A DNA stretch of 57,708 bases from Pseudomonadota bacterium (GTDB lineage: Bacteria > Pseudomonadota > Alphaproteobacteria > Rhizobiales > Rhizobiaceae), in the NCBI GenBank assembly GCA_039030215.1, contig JBCCEP010000001.1, forward strand, positions 1 to 57,708. Direction: 5' to 3'. The stretch's first letter is position 1. Each line of letters begins with the position of its first letter. A program made the translations under genes and the position numbers. Below, piece after piece: positions 7,678 through 18,709 of the stretch. The notes under the pieces are model-generated. The model did no database searches. It was given only the letters and a program-made list of their open reading frames with translations, and had not been told where the DNA came from.

Positions 7678-10530
7678 TTGTCAGACCAAACCAAGCCCCC
7701 AGGCCAGCCAGACGGCAGCGGGCCATCCTCAATAAACCCGATTTCGATCATCGACGAGATGAGCCGCTCATACCTCGATTACGCCATGAGCGTGATCGTC
7801 AGCCGGGCGCTGCCGGATGTGCGCGACGGGCTCAAGCCCGTCCACCGCCGCATCCTCTATTCCATGCACGAAAGCGGGTTTGATTGGAACAAGCCATACC
7901 GCAAATCGGCCCGTATTGTCGGTGACGTAATCGGTAAATATCATCCCCATGGCGACAGCGCTGTCTACGATGCGCTGGTGCGCATGGCACAGGATTTTTC
8001 GCTGCGCGTCCCGCTGATCGACGGTCAGGGCAATTTCGGTTCGATTGACGGCGACCCTCCCGCTGCCATGCGGTACACGGAATCGCGTCTTGCCAAACCA
8101 GCCCATGAATTACTGGACGATATCGACAAGGACACGGTTGATTTCCAGGACAACTATGACAATTCAGAACGCGAACCGCGCGTCTTACCGGCGCGTTTTC
8201 CCAACCTTTTGGTCAATGGGGCAGGGGGTATCGCGGTCGGCATGGCGACCAATATCCCGCCGCACAATCTGCAGGAGGTGATCGACGGGACGATCGCGCT
8301 GATTGATGATCCCACGCTTAGCCTAATCAATCTCATGGATATCGTCCCCGGGCCGGATTTTCCAACCGGCGGGATCATCCTTGGACGGGCGGGGATCCGC
8401 TCTGCCTATGAGACTGGCCGCGGCTCTGTCATCATGCGCGGCAAGGTTCATACCGAAACGATACGCGGTGAACGCGAGGCCTTGATAGTCACTGAAATTC
8501 CCTACCAGGTGAACAAGGCCTCGATGATCGAAAAGATTGCCGAGCTTGTCCGCGACAAACGCGTCGAGGGTATTTCGGATATTCGCGATGAATCTGACCG
8601 GCAGGGCTACCGGGTCGTCGTTGAATTGCGCCGCGATGCCGTGGCTGATGTCGTGCTAAACCAGCTTTATCGCTACACACCGCTGCAGACCTCGTTCGGT
8701 TGCAACATGGTGGCGCTTAATGGCGGTAAGCCTGAGCAGTTGAACATGCTCGACCTGCTGCGGGCCTTCATTGCATTCCGCGAAGAGGTGGTCACCAGAC
8801 GGACGAAATTCCTGCTAAACAAGGCGCGGATTCGCGCCCATGTATTGGTTGGTCTTGCCATAGCTGTCGCGAATATTGACGAGGTTATCCATTTGATCCG
8901 TAGCGCACCTGATCCCGCAACCGCACGGGCCGGTCTGATGGAGCGCAACTGGCCGGCAAAGGATGTCGCACCGCTGGTTGAACTGATCGACGATCCGAAA
9001 CACCGGCTGAACGACGATGGCACCTACAATCTCTCCGAAGAACAGGCCAGGGCGATCCTTGACCTGCGCCTGCAGCGTCTGACGGCGCTTGGTCGGGATG
9101 AAATTGCTGATGAACTGCATCGGTTGGGAGACGAAATAAAGGACTATCTCGACATCCTGTCTTCGCGCATCCGCGTTCGTGAAATCATCAAGTCCGAACT
9201 CATTGCAGTTCGCGACGAATATGGGACTCCGCGCCGGACCGAAATCGTCGATGGCGGTTTCGAGATGGAAGACGAGGATCTGATCGCGCGCGAGGACATG
9301 GTGGTGACCGTCAGCCATGCCGGTTATATCAAGCGCGTGCCACTGGATACCTATCGTGCGCAGAAGCGCGGCGGCAAAGGACGCGCGGGCATGTCGACGC
9401 GCGAAGAGGATTTCGTCACGCGGCTGTTTGTCGCCAATACGCATACGCCGATCCTGTTCTTTTCCTCACGCGGTATCGTTTACAAGGAAAAGGTTTGGCG
9501 GTTGCCGATTGGGACGCCACAATCGAGAGGCAAGTTCCTGCGCAATATCCTGCCACTGGAGGCTGATGAGCGGATTACATCGATCATGCCGATGCCCGAG
9601 GATGAGGATAGCTGGGCCGAGCTCGATGTCGTCTTCGCCACTCGCAACGGTACGGTTCGCCGAAACAAGTTGTCGGACTTCATCCAGGTCAACCGCAACG
9701 GCAAGATTGCGATGAAGTTCGACAATGAAGAGGACGGCATTGTCGGTGTCGAAACCAGTACCGAGGATGCGACGGTTCTGCTGACAACGGCAAGCGGGCA
9801 ATGTATCCGGTTCAAGGTGACCGATGTCCGGGTATTCTCCGGGCGGAATTCTGTCGGGGTGCGCGGGATAAACCTGGCGGATGGCGACCGCGTGATCTCG
9901 ATGACGATCCTCAAACCCAGTCACGCAGAGGCTTGGGAAAGGACGGCATTTCTCAAGCGACGCCGGGCAATGGCATTGGCCGATGATGAGGAAGCTGCGG
10001 CCGATGATAATGGCGATGAACCGGAAACCAGTGGTGATGGCGATCAGCATTTGAGCGACGAACGTTTCGCCGAATTGGCGGAACGCGAGCAGTTCATTCT
10101 CACCGTTTCACAGAACGGGTACGGCAAGCGCTCGTCCAGCCATGAGTACCGGGTTTCGGGACGCGGTGGCAAAGGCATCGTTGCCATGGTGGTAAATGAG
10201 CGAAACGGCCCGTTGATAGCGGCCTTCCCGGTGGAGGAAAGCGACGAGATCATGCTCGTCACCGATGCGGGCAAAACCATCCGCATGCCGGTGGGTGGCA
10301 ACAAGCCGATACGTATCGCAGGCCGCTCCACACAAGGCGTGACCGTTTTCGATACCGCCGAAAGCGAGAAAGTGGTGTCGGTGGAGCATATCCGTGATGT
10401 GGAAGATGACGAAGACGAAACCACCGGCGCCGATGACGATGATGTTCAATCGGATAGTTCGCAAGTAGACAGCGCGGATTCGCAAGATCAGACTGGCACA
10501 GATGTTCCTGAAAAAGGAGATGAGAGTTGA
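7678..10530 (+). CDS. gyrA: DNA gyrase subunit A
   Basis: 950 aa with a TTG start. It has the [29 protein letters not shown] motif, the active-site region AAMRYTE and a beta-pinwheel CTD with an acidic insertion. It ends in a long acidic C-terminal tail. Confidence 0.97.
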   Translation: MSDQTKPPGQPDGSGPSSINPISIIDEMSRSYLDYAMSVIVSRALPDVRDGLKPVHRRILYSMHESGFDWNKPYRKSARIVGDVIGKYHPHGDSAVYDALVRMAQDFSLRVPLIDGQGNFGSIDGDPPAAMRYTESRLAKPAHELLDDIDKDTVDFQDNYDNSEREPRVLPARFPNLLVNGAGGIAVGMATNIPPHNLQEVIDGTIALIDDPTLSLINLMDIVPGPDFPTGGIILGRAGIRSAYETGRGSVIMRGKVHTETIRGEREALIVTEIPYQVNKASMIEKIAELVRDKRVEGISDIRDESDRQGYRVVVELRRDAVADVVLNQLYRYTPLQTSFGCNMVALNGGKPEQLNMLDLLRAFIAFREEVVTRRTKFLLNKARIRAHVLVGLAIAVANIDEVIHLIRSAPDPATARAGLMERNWPAKDVAPLVELIDDPKHRLNDDGTYNLSEEQARAILDLRLQRLTALGRDEIADELHRLGDEIKDYLDILSSRIRVREIIKSELIAVRDEYGTPRRTEIVDGGFEMEDEDLIAREDMVVTVSHAGYIKRVPLDTYRAQKRGGKGRAGMSTREEDFVTRLFVANTHTPILFFSSRGIVYKEKVWRLPIGTPQSRGKFLRNILPLEADERITSIMPMPEDEDSWAELDVVFATRNGTVRRNKLSDFIQVNRNGKIAMKFDNEEDGIVGVETSTEDATVLLTTASGQCIRFKVTDVRVFSGRNSVGVRGINLADGDRVISMTILKPSHAEAWERTAFLKRRRAMALADDEEAAADDNGDEPETSGDGDQHLSDERFAELAEREQFILTVSQNGYGKRSSSHEYRVSGRGGKGIVAMVVNERNGPLIAAFPVEESDEIMLVTDAGKTIRMPVGGNKPIRIAGRSTQGVTVFDTAESEKVVSVEHIRDVEDDEDETTGADDDDVQSDSSQVDSADSQDQTGTDVPEKGDES

Positions 10531-11141
10531 GTTTATCCCTGATTGCAGGTTTTGCGCTTGCATCCTTCCTGATCGTCGTGGTTCCTGGTCCCACCGTCAC
10601 CGTTATCGTTGCGAATTCACTTCGCGATGGTTATCGGGCGGGGTTGATGAATGTCGCCGGTACACAGATCGGTCTCCTGATCATGCTGCTAATCGTGGCA
10701 CTTGGCCTGGAAACCGTCATATCGGTCATGGCACATGCGTTTTTCTGGCTCAAACTGGCGGGCGCCGCCTATCTGATCTGGCTCGGCATCTCGCTTCTTC
10801 GCTCCGATGGCGATATCGGCTCGGTATCCAAGCAAAAGCGACCGAAATCCGGTTACTTCTGGCAAGGGTTCTTTGTAATCTGGTCAAACCCGAAAGCGTT
10901 GCTTTTCTATGGTGCCTTCATTCCGCAATTTATCGATCCACAGCAGAACGCGTTTTGGCAGGCAATGATCCTGGGACTGATCTTCATGCTCGTCGCAACT
11001 GTTTTTGACAGTCTCTATGCGCTTGCAGCCGGCAAGGCAGGAAATCTGCTGACCCGTTCAAGGGTTCGGTTGGTGGAGAAGATGTCAGGGCTTTTTCTGA
11101 TTGGCGGCGGGCTCTGGCTGGCAACCCTAAAGAAAGCCTAG
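10527..11141 (+). CDS. LysE/RhtB family amino-acid exporter
   Basis: 204 aa membrane protein. The N-terminus [15 protein letters not shown] and the NPKALLFY motif are present. Its TTG start overlaps the gyrA stop by 4 nt (TTGA). Confidence 0.85.
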   Translation: MSLSLIAGFALASFLIVVVPGPTVTVIVANSLRDGYRAGLMNVAGTQIGLLIMLLIVALGLETVISVMAHAFFWLKLAGAAYLIWLGISLLRSDGDIGSVSKQKRPKSGYFWQGFFVIWSNPKALLFYGAFIPQFIDPQQNAFWQAMILGLIFMLVATVFDSLYALAAGKAGNLLTRSRVRLVEKMSGLFLIGGGLWLATLKKA

Positions 11142-11153
11142 GTTCAAACAGAT

Positions 11154-11180
11154 AAAAAAAGGCGCGGCTTGCGCCGCGCC
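11154..11180 (-). terminator. Rho-independent terminator; the T-tract is on the minus strand
   Basis: A perfect 8-bp GC stem GGCGCGGC/GCCGCGCC with loop TTGC. It is preceded on the plus strand by A7, which is T7 after the hairpin on the minus strand. Confidence 0.6.
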
Positions 11181-11250
11181 AGTTTGCGAAACTGAAGGTC
11201 AGGCGTTACCGGAGGACGGTTGGTTCAGGACCGGTCCGGTGGGATACGCA

Positions 11251-11397
11251 TCAGTTTCGGTAAGTATTCTCGAAATGGCCGCGCTGTGATGATTTTTTTG
11301 TTCTGATCACTTCCCTGCGCTTTTCCATAACGACCGCGTAGGACGCGGCTCCAATCATCGTGCCTGCCATTATCAGCGCTAAAATCAAGATAGTCAT
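11251..11397 (-). CDS. Candidate 48-aa single-TM small protein, below the ORF-track size cutoff
   Basis: Manual translation gives MTILILALIMAGTMIGAASYAVVMEKRREVIRTKKSSQRGHFENTYRN. GGGAG lies about 8 nt upstream of the ATG, and the terminator at 11154-11180 lies downstream. Confidence 0.35.
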   Translation of the reverse strand: MTILILALIMAGTMIGAASYAVVMEKRREVIRTKKSSQRGHFENTYRN

Positions 11398-11688
11398 TGT
11401 TATACTCCCAGCTTACGCAACAATATCGCGGGATTGTTTTTAGGAACTCTTCCACGCTTCGTTAGGATTTTAACGATCCCAAACTTAATCCAATCTGAGA
11501 ATCACGTTAATCCGCCATTCATTTCTGCACTGTGACATTTAGCACACTGTCAATATATAATATGAAATGATTCGAATTTAAAGTGTTTGGGTCAGGACCC
11601 TTCAAATTAGACGAAATTATAGTAGCAATTCAACGAGTCCCGAAGCTAAGCCCTTGCGATAAGCTTTCTGCCGTGACAGAACGCCCAA

Positions 11689-12186
11689 ATGACCAGTATC
11701 GCTTACTATGCCGGTTCGTTCGATCCGATGACAAACGGCCATGTGGACGTTTTAAACCAAGCCCTTGATTTGTTTGACAGGGTTGTCGTCGGTATTGGAA
11801 TTCATCCCGGCAAGACACCCATGTTCACATTCGAGGAACGGGCAGCATTGATCTCCGAAGTGATTTCGGCGACCAACAAGCCGGCTTCAAGCCGCATTTT
11901 GGTTGAAAGCTTTGATAACCTTGTTATTCAAGCGGCCCGCGAAGCCGGTGCATCCGTCCTTGTTCGCGGATTGCGGGACGGCACCGATCTCGATTATGAA
12001 ATGCAAATGGCTGGCATGAATGGCGCAATGGCACCGGACATAAAAACGGTATTTTTTCCGGCTAGCCCGCAGGTTCGTGCTATTACCGGCACTTTGGTTC
12101 GTCAAGTCGCGAAAATGGGTGGGGATGTATCGCCCTTTGTGCCCGGGAACGTGCTTGCAGCGCTTAAAAACAAAGTTTCAACCTGA
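11689..12186 (+). CDS. coaD: Phosphopantetheine adenylyltransferase
   Basis: 165 aa. The [15 protein letters not shown] (T/HxGH) motif is present. Confidence 0.93.
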   Translation: MTSIAYYAGSFDPMTNGHVDVLNQALDLFDRVVVGIGIHPGKTPMFTFEERAALISEVISATNKPASSRILVESFDNLVIQAAREAGASVLVRGLRDGTDLDYEMQMAGMNGAMAPDIKTVFFPASPQVRAITGTLVRQVAKMGGDVSPFVPGNVLAALKNKVST

Positions 12187-12205
12187 TTTGATCCGGAGAT
12201 CGACA

Positions 12206-12799
12206 ATGATCCGAATTATGACCTTCTTCGCGGCCATTGCCATGCTTGCTTCCTGCAGTCCGACACCAGAGAAAACTGTCACCCCGGAAGCGGCTTCACC
12301 AAACAACGTGGCAGTAGAAACGGTAGACGCCAATACGGTGTATCTGGACACAAAGGATGGCCGGATTACCATCGAATTGCGTCCCGACCTGGCGCCTAAG
12401 CATGTCGATCAGGTCAAAACGCTGGTGAAACAGGGATTTTACGATGGAATCGTGTTTCACCGGGTCATCGATGGATTTATGGCGCAGACAGGCGATCCGA
12501 CCGGAACCGGTACTGGCGGATCAGATTTGCCGGACATTCCCGCGGAATTCTCCAAGGAACCGTTCAAGCGCGGTACTGTGGGTATGGCGAGATCACAAAA
12601 TCCCAACAGCGCCAATTCGCAATTCTTCATAATGTTCGGTCCGGGAGAGTTCCTCAACGGTCAGTATACGGTGCTCGGACAAGTAACCGATGGCATGAAT
12701 GTCGTCGATGCGATCAAGAAAGGCGACAGTGCGGCAAATGGCAAGGTTACTGATCCCGACAAGATCGTGAAAATGCAAATGGCAAGTGATGCCAGTTAG
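12206..12799 (+). CDS. Periplasmic cyclophilin-type peptidyl-prolyl cis-trans isomerase, probable lipoprotein
   Basis: An internal ATG at 12206 gives MIRIMTFFAAIAMLASC, a lipobox. Cyclophilin core motifs are present (FHRVIDGFMAQTGDPTGTG, SANSQFFI). Confidence 0.9.
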   Translation: MIRIMTFFAAIAMLASCSPTPEKTVTPEAASPNNVAVETVDANTVYLDTKDGRITIELRPDLAPKHVDQVKTLVKQGFYDGIVFHRVIDGFMAQTGDPTGTGTGGSDLPDIPAEFSKEPFKRGTVGMARSQNPNSANSQFFIMFGPGEFLNGQYTVLGQVTDGMNVVDAIKKGDSAANGKVTDPDKIVKMQMASDAS

Positions 12800-12829
12800 C
12801 CGGATTCGGAAGTTAAACCCCAGAAAGGA

Positions 12830-13306
12830 ATGAGCGTGGCGGACTATAAAGACCCTGAGAATACCTTGATCCTGGAGACAACAAAGGGCGTTGTCGTGAT
12901 CGAGTGCATGCCGGATGCAGCACCTAATCATGTGGCCCGTATCAAGGAGCTCGCCAGAGAAGGCTTTTATGATGGTATTGTGTTTCATCGCGTGATTGAT
13001 GGTTTCATGGCCCAAACCGGTGATCCGACGGGCACCGGCATGGGCGGCTCCGGCAAGAAGCTTAAAGCGGAATTCAACGATGTGGATCATGTCCGCGGCG
13101 TGTGCTCGATGGCGCGCGCCCAGGATCCTGACTCCGGCGATAGCCAGTTCTTCATCTGCTTTGATGATGCAGGCTTCCTGAACCGCCAATATACTGCCTG
13201 GGGCAAGGTGCTGGACGGCATGGAGAATATCGACCAGATAAAACGCGGTGAGCCGGTGCAGGATCCCGACTCTATAATCTCCATGAAAGTGGCTGCCGAT
13301 CAATAA
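12830..13306 (+). CDS. ppiB: Cytoplasmic cyclophilin-type peptidyl-prolyl cis-trans isomerase
   Basis: 158 aa with no signal peptide and the same cyclophilin motifs (FHRVIDGFMAQTGDPTGTG). Confidence 0.9.
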   Translation: MSVADYKDPENTLILETTKGVVVIECMPDAAPNHVARIKELAREGFYDGIVFHRVIDGFMAQTGDPTGTGMGGSGKKLKAEFNDVDHVRGVCSMARAQDPDSGDSQFFICFDDAGFLNRQYTAWGKVLDGMENIDQIKRGEPVQDPDSIISMKVAADQ

Positions 13307-13373
13307 ATTTCTCGAAACATTCCCGAACAGGCGGCGCAACGCGTCGCCTTTTTGTTTTTGCGGGTACTGAACC

Positions 13374-14450
13374 ATGCTGGTCGACAAGTTCGATTTTGAG
13401 CTTCCCGAGGATAGAATAGCCTTGCGACCCGCAAGACCACGCGATGCTGCCCGGATGCTGGTGGTTCGGCCTGATGACAAATCGAGCAATTTGCAGGACG
13501 AAACGGTTCGTGATCTCCCCAATTTTCTTCAACCTGGCGATGCGATTGTCTTCAACAATACGCGGGTCATTCCGGCGCAACTCGAGGGAATACGAGACCG
13601 GGCGGGAGCGACAGCGCAGATCGGGTTGACATTGCATATGCGTCAGTCGCCATCCACCTGGAAGGCTTTCGCCCGCGGATCGAAAAAATTGAAGACAGGT
13701 GACCGGGTCCATTTTGGTAAAGGCGAGGATAGTGCCCAATCACTGGATGGGACAATCAAGAACAAGGGGGAAGCAGGGGAAGTCGAGGTGGAATTCGACT
13801 TGTCGGGATCAGCGCTTGACGATGCGTTTGTATCTGTCGGCCACGTACCTTTGCCACCCTATATCGCGCTCCGGAGAGGCGATGACGAATCCGACCGTCG
13901 GGATTACCAGACGCTTTATGCCAAGGAAGATGGTGCAGTCGCAGCGCCAACCGCCGGATTGCACTTCACGAAAGAGCTAATGGAGGCAATCGAGAAGAGT
14001 GGCGTTTCAATCCACTATCTGACATTGCATGTCGGCGCAGGGACCTTCCTGCCGGTAAAGGCCGAAGACACGGCCGACCACCATATGCATGAGGAACGCG
14101 GCGTCATAACTTCGGATACATGCCAGAAACTGAACGATTGTCGCAAGCGCGGCGGTCGCATTGTTGCTGTGGGCACGACATCGCTTCGGTTGCTCGAATC
14201 CGCTGCAGATGAATCCGGTACACTCCAGCCCTTCAACGCCGCAACGGACATCTTCATTACGCCCGGATACAAGTTTCGCGCGGTTGATTTGCTGATGACC
14301 AATTTCCATCTGCCCCGCTCCACCCTGTTCATGCTGGTCAGTGCATTTAGCGGGCTGGAAACAATGAACTCCGCCTATTCGCACGCGATCGATGCCGGTT
14401 ATCGGTTTTATTCCTATGGCGATGCTTGTTTGCTATATCCGCGATCATGA
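13374..14450 (+). CDS. queA: S-adenosylmethionine:tRNA ribosyltransferase-isomerase
   Basis: 358 aa. Starts [24 protein letters not shown] and contains LPPYI and TAGLHFT motifs. Confidence 0.95.
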   Translation: MLVDKFDFELPEDRIALRPARPRDAARMLVVRPDDKSSNLQDETVRDLPNFLQPGDAIVFNNTRVIPAQLEGIRDRAGATAQIGLTLHMRQSPSTWKAFARGSKKLKTGDRVHFGKGEDSAQSLDGTIKNKGEAGEVEVEFDLSGSALDDAFVSVGHVPLPPYIALRRGDDESDRRDYQTLYAKEDGAVAAPTAGLHFTKELMEAIEKSGVSIHYLTLHVGAGTFLPVKAEDTADHHMHEERGVITSDTCQKLNDCRKRGGRIVAVGTTSLRLLESAADESGTLQPFNAATDIFITPGYKFRAVDLLMTNFHLPRSTLFMLVSAFSGLETMNSAYSHAIDAGYRFYSYGDACLLYPRS

Positions 14451-15577
14451 CAGACCGTTTTCAGTTTAACTTGATTTGCACAGACGGCGAGGCACGGCGC
14501 GGCGAAATTACGACACCGCGCGGCAGGATCAGAACGCCCGCATTCATGCCGGTCGGCACGGCGGCAACCGTCAAGGCCATGTATATGGATCAGGTCAGAG
14601 ACCTCGGTTCCGATGTTATTCTCGGCAACACTTATCACCTGATGCTCCGTCCTGGTGCCGAGCGCATTGCGAGATTGGGCGGACTGCACAAATTCTCGGG
14701 CTGGCGGGGACCTATCCTGACCGACTCTGGCGGGTTTCAGGTCATGTCGCTCGCCAGCCTGCGCAAGCTTTCGGAAGGTGGCGTGGAATTTCGTTCCCAT
14801 ATCGATGGTTCGCCGCACATGCTGACACCGGAGCGATCAATCGAGATCCAGGGATTGCTGGATTCCGACATCCAGATGCAATTGGATGAATGCATATCGC
14901 TACCCGCAGAACGCGATGAAATCGAGCGTGCCATGGAATTGTCCTTGCGCTGGGCAGAAAGATCGGCGGCGGCCTTTGGCAACCAGGACGGCAAGGCAAT
15001 GTTTGGCATAGTCCAGGGCGGAGACGTCCCTGACCTGCGTATCCGCTCTGCCCGGGAACTCGCCGGGATGGATCTGAAAGGTTATTCGATTGGTGGCCTT
15101 GCAGTCGGTGAACCGCAGGAAGTCATGCTCTCGGTCCTGGATATCACGTGCCCCGAATTGCCGACTGACAAACCACGCTACCTGATGGGTGTGGGGACGC
15201 CCGATGACATCCTTCAAAGTGTGGCAAGAGGCGTCGATATGTTCGACTGCGTCATGCCGACAAGAGCTGGCCGCCACGGGATGGCGTTTACGCGAAGAGG
15301 CAAGGTCAATCTCAAAAATGCCCGTCATGCCGATGATCACCGGCCATTGGACGAAGAAAGTGATTGTCCGGCTGCCAGAGATTACTCACGCGCCTATTTG
15401 CATCACCTCGTCCGCAGTAATGAGTCACTCGGTGGAATGCTGCTGACTTGGAATAATCTATCCTATTATCAATGGCTTATGGAAAAAACCAGAACCGCAA
15501 TAGAGCAGGGCGCTTTCACGGATTTTCGAAATCTAACCCGTGAAACCTGGAGCAGTGGCGATATCGAGGCGCTTTAG
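14447..15577 (+). CDS. tgt: tRNA-guanine (queuine) transglycosylase
   Basis: The ATG at 14447 overlaps the queA stop (ATGA). [16 protein letters not shown] and the zinc-site CxCxxC-like region are present. Confidence 0.95.
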   Translation: MTDRFQFNLICTDGEARRGEITTPRGRIRTPAFMPVGTAATVKAMYMDQVRDLGSDVILGNTYHLMLRPGAERIARLGGLHKFSGWRGPILTDSGGFQVMSLASLRKLSEGGVEFRSHIDGSPHMLTPERSIEIQGLLDSDIQMQLDECISLPAERDEIERAMELSLRWAERSAAAFGNQDGKAMFGIVQGGDVPDLRIRSARELAGMDLKGYSIGGLAVGEPQEVMLSVLDITCPELPTDKPRYLMGVGTPDDILQSVARGVDMFDCVMPTRAGRHGMAFTRRGKVNLKNARHADDHRPLDEESDCPAARDYSRAYLHHLVRSNESLGGMLLTWNNLSYYQWLMEKTRTAIEQGAFTDFRNLTRETWSSGDIEAL

Positions 15578-16953
15578 AGACCCGCAATACTGCGGCCCGC
15601 CATCAGGAATTTCGACGGATTGGTCGGCTTGCCATTGCGACGGATTTCGAAATGCAGATGTGGGCCGGTGCTACGACCGGTGGAACCGACTTTGCCGATG
15701 GTCATGCCAGCCTCGATTTTCTGGCCTTCCTTGACCGAAGCGCGGCTGAGATGGGCGTAACGGGTGGACAATCCGTTGGCGTGCTTGATCACTACGACAA
15801 GACCATAACCACCATTATATCCGGCAGATACTACAGTTCCGGAGGCCGATGCCTTTACCGGAGTACCTGTTTTCGCCCTGAAATCGATTCCCGAATGCAT
15901 CGCCCGGGTCTTGAGAAATGGGTCAATACGATTGCCATAGGCGCTTGAAACCGGCGCGCCGGGAAGCGGACTGCCGGTAGGCACCTTCCTGACATGCTCC
16001 AACACCGTATCCAGAGCAGTAAGGGACTGATCAAGCGCAAAAGCTGCTCTCTCAAAACCTTCATCCGGTTGTGGCGGCAGAAGTGGTCCACCGGTTGCAT
16101 CTGTTTCGACGGGAACTTCCACGCCCAATTTGGCAAGGGCCAGGGATATTTTTTCGGTTCTGGTGACGGCAGCAAAGCGCAGGCCTTCGAGCAGAATCCG
16201 CTGTTCCTGATCGAGTTGCTTGATGCGCGTTCCAACATTGGCGAACGTCATATGCGTACTGGCAAGATTGGTAATATCCAGATTTGTATCTGCGGCCAAA
16301 TTGACGCCAGCCGTGCGGGAGTTGTCCACCAAAACCGGATTGTCAGCACCGGCAATCGGGTCGCCACTGGCACCACGTAATTGAAAATCAAGCATGGACG
16401 CGACCTTGAACCCAGGTGCTGGAGCCAAAGATCCCGTTTTTTGTTCTTTGGCAACTGGCTCCGTCGCAGCTGGTTTCTTGAGGTCTTCAGTAGGTTTCGC
16501 CGACGTCTGGAGACCATGAGCGGCGGCTTTCTCCATCAGGCCGGATATCTTCGATGATCTGCTTCCCAGCATTTCCTGACGTTTAATGAGTTCGGCGACT
16601 TTGGCCTCTATTGCCTGCTGGTCGAGCAATTGACGGCTCGTGATCCGGTCCAGATTAGCCCGCAGTCCTGCGATCCGGTCTTCATATTCATGCAATAGAC
16701 GCGCATTTCTCGCATGCGTCATGCCAATAAGATCATCACGAAGAACAAGATAGGCCGTGGCAGAAAAATAGCCCACCAGGAACATGGCGAAAACGCTGAA
16801 AATCACCGAAACACCCAGCGCACTAAACTTGTAGCGGCGGGATTTTCCATGCCGTTCAATCGTAATCGTGGACAGATTGTTTCGTTTACCGAAAATCTGG
16901 CGGCCGGTATCCAGCCCGGTCTGCGCGCCGGAATCAGCCCGTGGTGAACTCAT
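15574..16953 (-). CDS. M23 family (LytM domain) metallopeptidase with an N-terminal TM anchor and coiled coil
   Basis: The C-terminus contains HSGIDF...[13 protein letters not shown]...HLHFEIR, the LytM catalytic signature. It overlaps the tgt 3' end by 4 nt (convergent). Confidence 0.85.
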   Translation of the reverse strand: MSSPRADSGAQTGLDTGRQIFGKRNNLSTITIERHGKSRRYKFSALGVSVIFSVFAMFLVGYFSATAYLVLRDDLIGMTHARNARLLHEYEDRIAGLRANLDRITSRQLLDQQAIEAKVAELIKRQEMLGSRSSKISGLMEKAAAHGLQTSAKPTEDLKKPAATEPVAKEQKTGSLAPAPGFKVASMLDFQLRGASGDPIAGADNPVLVDNSRTAGVNLAADTNLDITNLASTHMTFANVGTRIKQLDQEQRILLEGLRFAAVTRTEKISLALAKLGVEVPVETDATGGPLLPPQPDEGFERAAFALDQSLTALDTVLEHVRKVPTGSPLPGAPVSSAYGNRIDPFLKTRAMHSGIDFRAKTGTPVKASASGTVVSAGYNGGYGLVVVIKHANGLSTRYAHLSRASVKEGQKIEAGMTIGKVGSTGRSTGPHLHFEIRRNGKPTNPSKFLMAGRSIAGL

Positions 16954-17040
16954 GGATCATTACTCACATGCCAGTTGTGTTGCCTAGTGATCCAGTTAAG
17001 CCGATTATGGTTAACAAACTGTTGGAGATCTGAATTCTGT

Positions 17041-17859
17041 TCAGTTTCCTAACGGTGAAAGACTGCGATAAAATCCCGGTGTTATCCCGCTGGCGCAACG
17101 TGCCCGGTCGTTGAATGGCGGTTTCAACTGCCCACGAAAATGATCACGCACCAATCGCCTGAATTGCGTGTCGGGATCACGATTCTGCAGTCGGCACAGA
17201 AAGCGGAACCACTTTGCCCCGACAGCAACATGTCCCTTTTCGTCCTCATAGATGATCTCGAAAATCTCCGCCGTTTCGTGATCTTTTTCTTTTTGAAGTG
17301 ACCGGATCAACGAAGGCGTGACATCAAGACCGCGCGCTTCAAGAACAAGCGGCACCAGCGCCAGTCTTGCAGTCAGATCGTGGGATGTCTCATGGGCGGC
17401 TTCCCACAAGCCGTCATGGGAGGGTAAGTCACCGTAATCAGCTCCAAGCTCCCGAAGTCGATTTCGAAGCAGAGTGAAATGTTTTGCCTCTTCACTCGCG
17501 ACCATCATCCAATCATCAAAGAAGGAATTCGGCATCGGCTCCCGGCTGAATCGGCCTACAATGTCGAGTGCCAGATCAATGGCATTCAGTTCGATGTGAC
17601 AAATTGCATGGATAAGCGCGATTCTTCCGCTTTTGGAGCCGATCCGGCGTTTGGGAACCTTGTTGGGCGGCAACAATTCAGGTTTTTCGGGCCTGCCAGG
17701 CCGTTTCACGGACGGTAATCTCCTTGATCCGATCAAAGAGAGCTTTCGTTGTTTCCAGGATTCCGAGGCCCTGCGGCAGATCTGCACCTTCTTGTCCAGA
17801 TCCGCGCTTTTCAGGGCGGCGTTTGCCAATTCTTCCAGCGAATTCAATTTTGTAGGCAC
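17041..17859 (-). CDS. Ferritin-like DUF455 family protein
   Basis: 272 aa. Di-iron-like helices are present (HIELNAIDLALD, EEAKHF, EARGLD, DEKGHV), as in the DUF455 family. Confidence 0.75.
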   Translation of the reverse strand: MPTKLNSLEELANAALKSADLDKKVQICRRASESWKQRKLSLIGSRRLPSVKRPGRPEKPELLPPNKVPKRRIGSKSGRIALIHAICHIELNAIDLALDIVGRFSREPMPNSFFDDWMMVASEEAKHFTLLRNRLRELGADYGDLPSHDGLWEAAHETSHDLTARLALVPLVLEARGLDVTPSLIRSLQKEKDHETAEIFEIIYEDEKGHVAVGAKWFRFLCRLQNRDPDTQFRRLVRDHFRGQLKPPFNDRARCASGITPGFYRSLSPLGN

Positions 17860-17880
17860 CCCTTCCAGCCAAATCGATAT

Positions 17881-18354
17881 CTAGCCGAAGGCCTCACGCG
17901 CGGCATCATATACTTCGTCTACGTGGCCGGGTACTTTCACCTTCCGCCAGGAACGTAGAATTTTTCCATCTGCCGAAATTAGAAATGTCGACCGCTCCAC
18001 ACCCATATATTTGCGGCCATACATGCTTTTTTCCTTCCAGACGCCATATGCATCCAGGGTTGTTTTGTCTTCATCGGAAATTAGCGTGACGGTAAGCGAG
18101 TGCTTGTCCCGGAATTTGTCGTGGTCCTTGACCGAGTTGGGGGACATGCCGGCGATCGTTACGCCCAGTTTTTCAAATTCCGCCTTCTTTTCGCTGAAGG
18201 CCACAGCCTCTGCAGTGCAACCTGACGTATTATCTTTTGGATAGAAGAAGAGCACTACTGGCTTACCCTTCATTTCTTTTAGGGAGAAATTTCCATCACC
18301 ATCAGATGGTAGAGAGAAACCAGGTGCTGAATCGCCGTCCTCTGGAGCCGCCAT
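17881..18354 (-). CDS. bcp: Thioredoxin-dependent peroxiredoxin (Bcp type)
   Basis: Contains FFYPKDNTSGCTAE with the peroxidatic Cys. The start was chosen at MAAPEDGDSAPGFSL, which has AGGA upstream. The ORF extends to 18447, so the start is uncertain. Confidence 0.85.
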   Translation of the reverse strand: MAAPEDGDSAPGFSLPSDGDGNFSLKEMKGKPVVLFFYPKDNTSGCTAEAVAFSEKKAEFEKLGVTIAGMSPNSVKDHDKFRDKHSLTVTLISDEDKTTLDAYGVWKEKSMYGRKYMGVERSTFLISADGKILRSWRKVKVPGHVDEVYDAAREAFG

Positions 18355-18709
18355 ATTGCCATCCTTTCGCCAAATAGTTGATGTTTGAGAAACTGTGCCG
18401 GAATGCTCTGACATTGCGGTTATAGGGGCAAGAAGTTTTATTTCCACACAATAAATCGCTTCTTCCTGAAAAATTGGCTGCTGAATGATAGTATGTCCTC
18501 AAAGGGATTGGTTTAATGCTATCAGAGTCGCGACAGGCCCGGTTGTATGCCAGGGAATATTGCAGATATCGCATCCGAATCTTTACTGGCTCGTGACGAG
18601 GGTTTTGTAGTAGGATTCCGATTGCGGGTGTAGAGAGTAGAATTGTAATACGAAACGGCAGAGATGGCTGTTGTTTCGATAATCGGGGCCGCCAAGCTAT
18701 GGCAATCCA

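Noticed and set aside
11225-11455. A 76-aa minus-strand ORF from the track.
   Set aside because: It has no SD and an odd sequence (MEEFLKTIPRYCCVSWEYNNDY...). The overlapping 48-aa frame has a proper SD, a TM helix and a terminator, and is preferred, although it is itself only tentative.
12593-13522. A 309-aa ORF on the minus strand spanning the ppiB and queA region.
   Set aside because: It is entirely antisense to two genes with unmistakable cyclophilin and QueA motifs. Its sequence is Arg/His/Ala-rich with no recognisable domain. This is a typical shadow ORF of moderately GC-rich DNA.
18485-18620. Short plus-strand ORFs (26-40 aa) upstream of the AsmA-like gene. One, MLSESRQARLYAREYCRYRIRIF, looked faintly like a remnant of a YraN-type endonuclease N-terminus.
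   Set aside because: They are too short and have no SD. The resemblance is weak and from memory only. I cannot support this as a gene or pseudogene.
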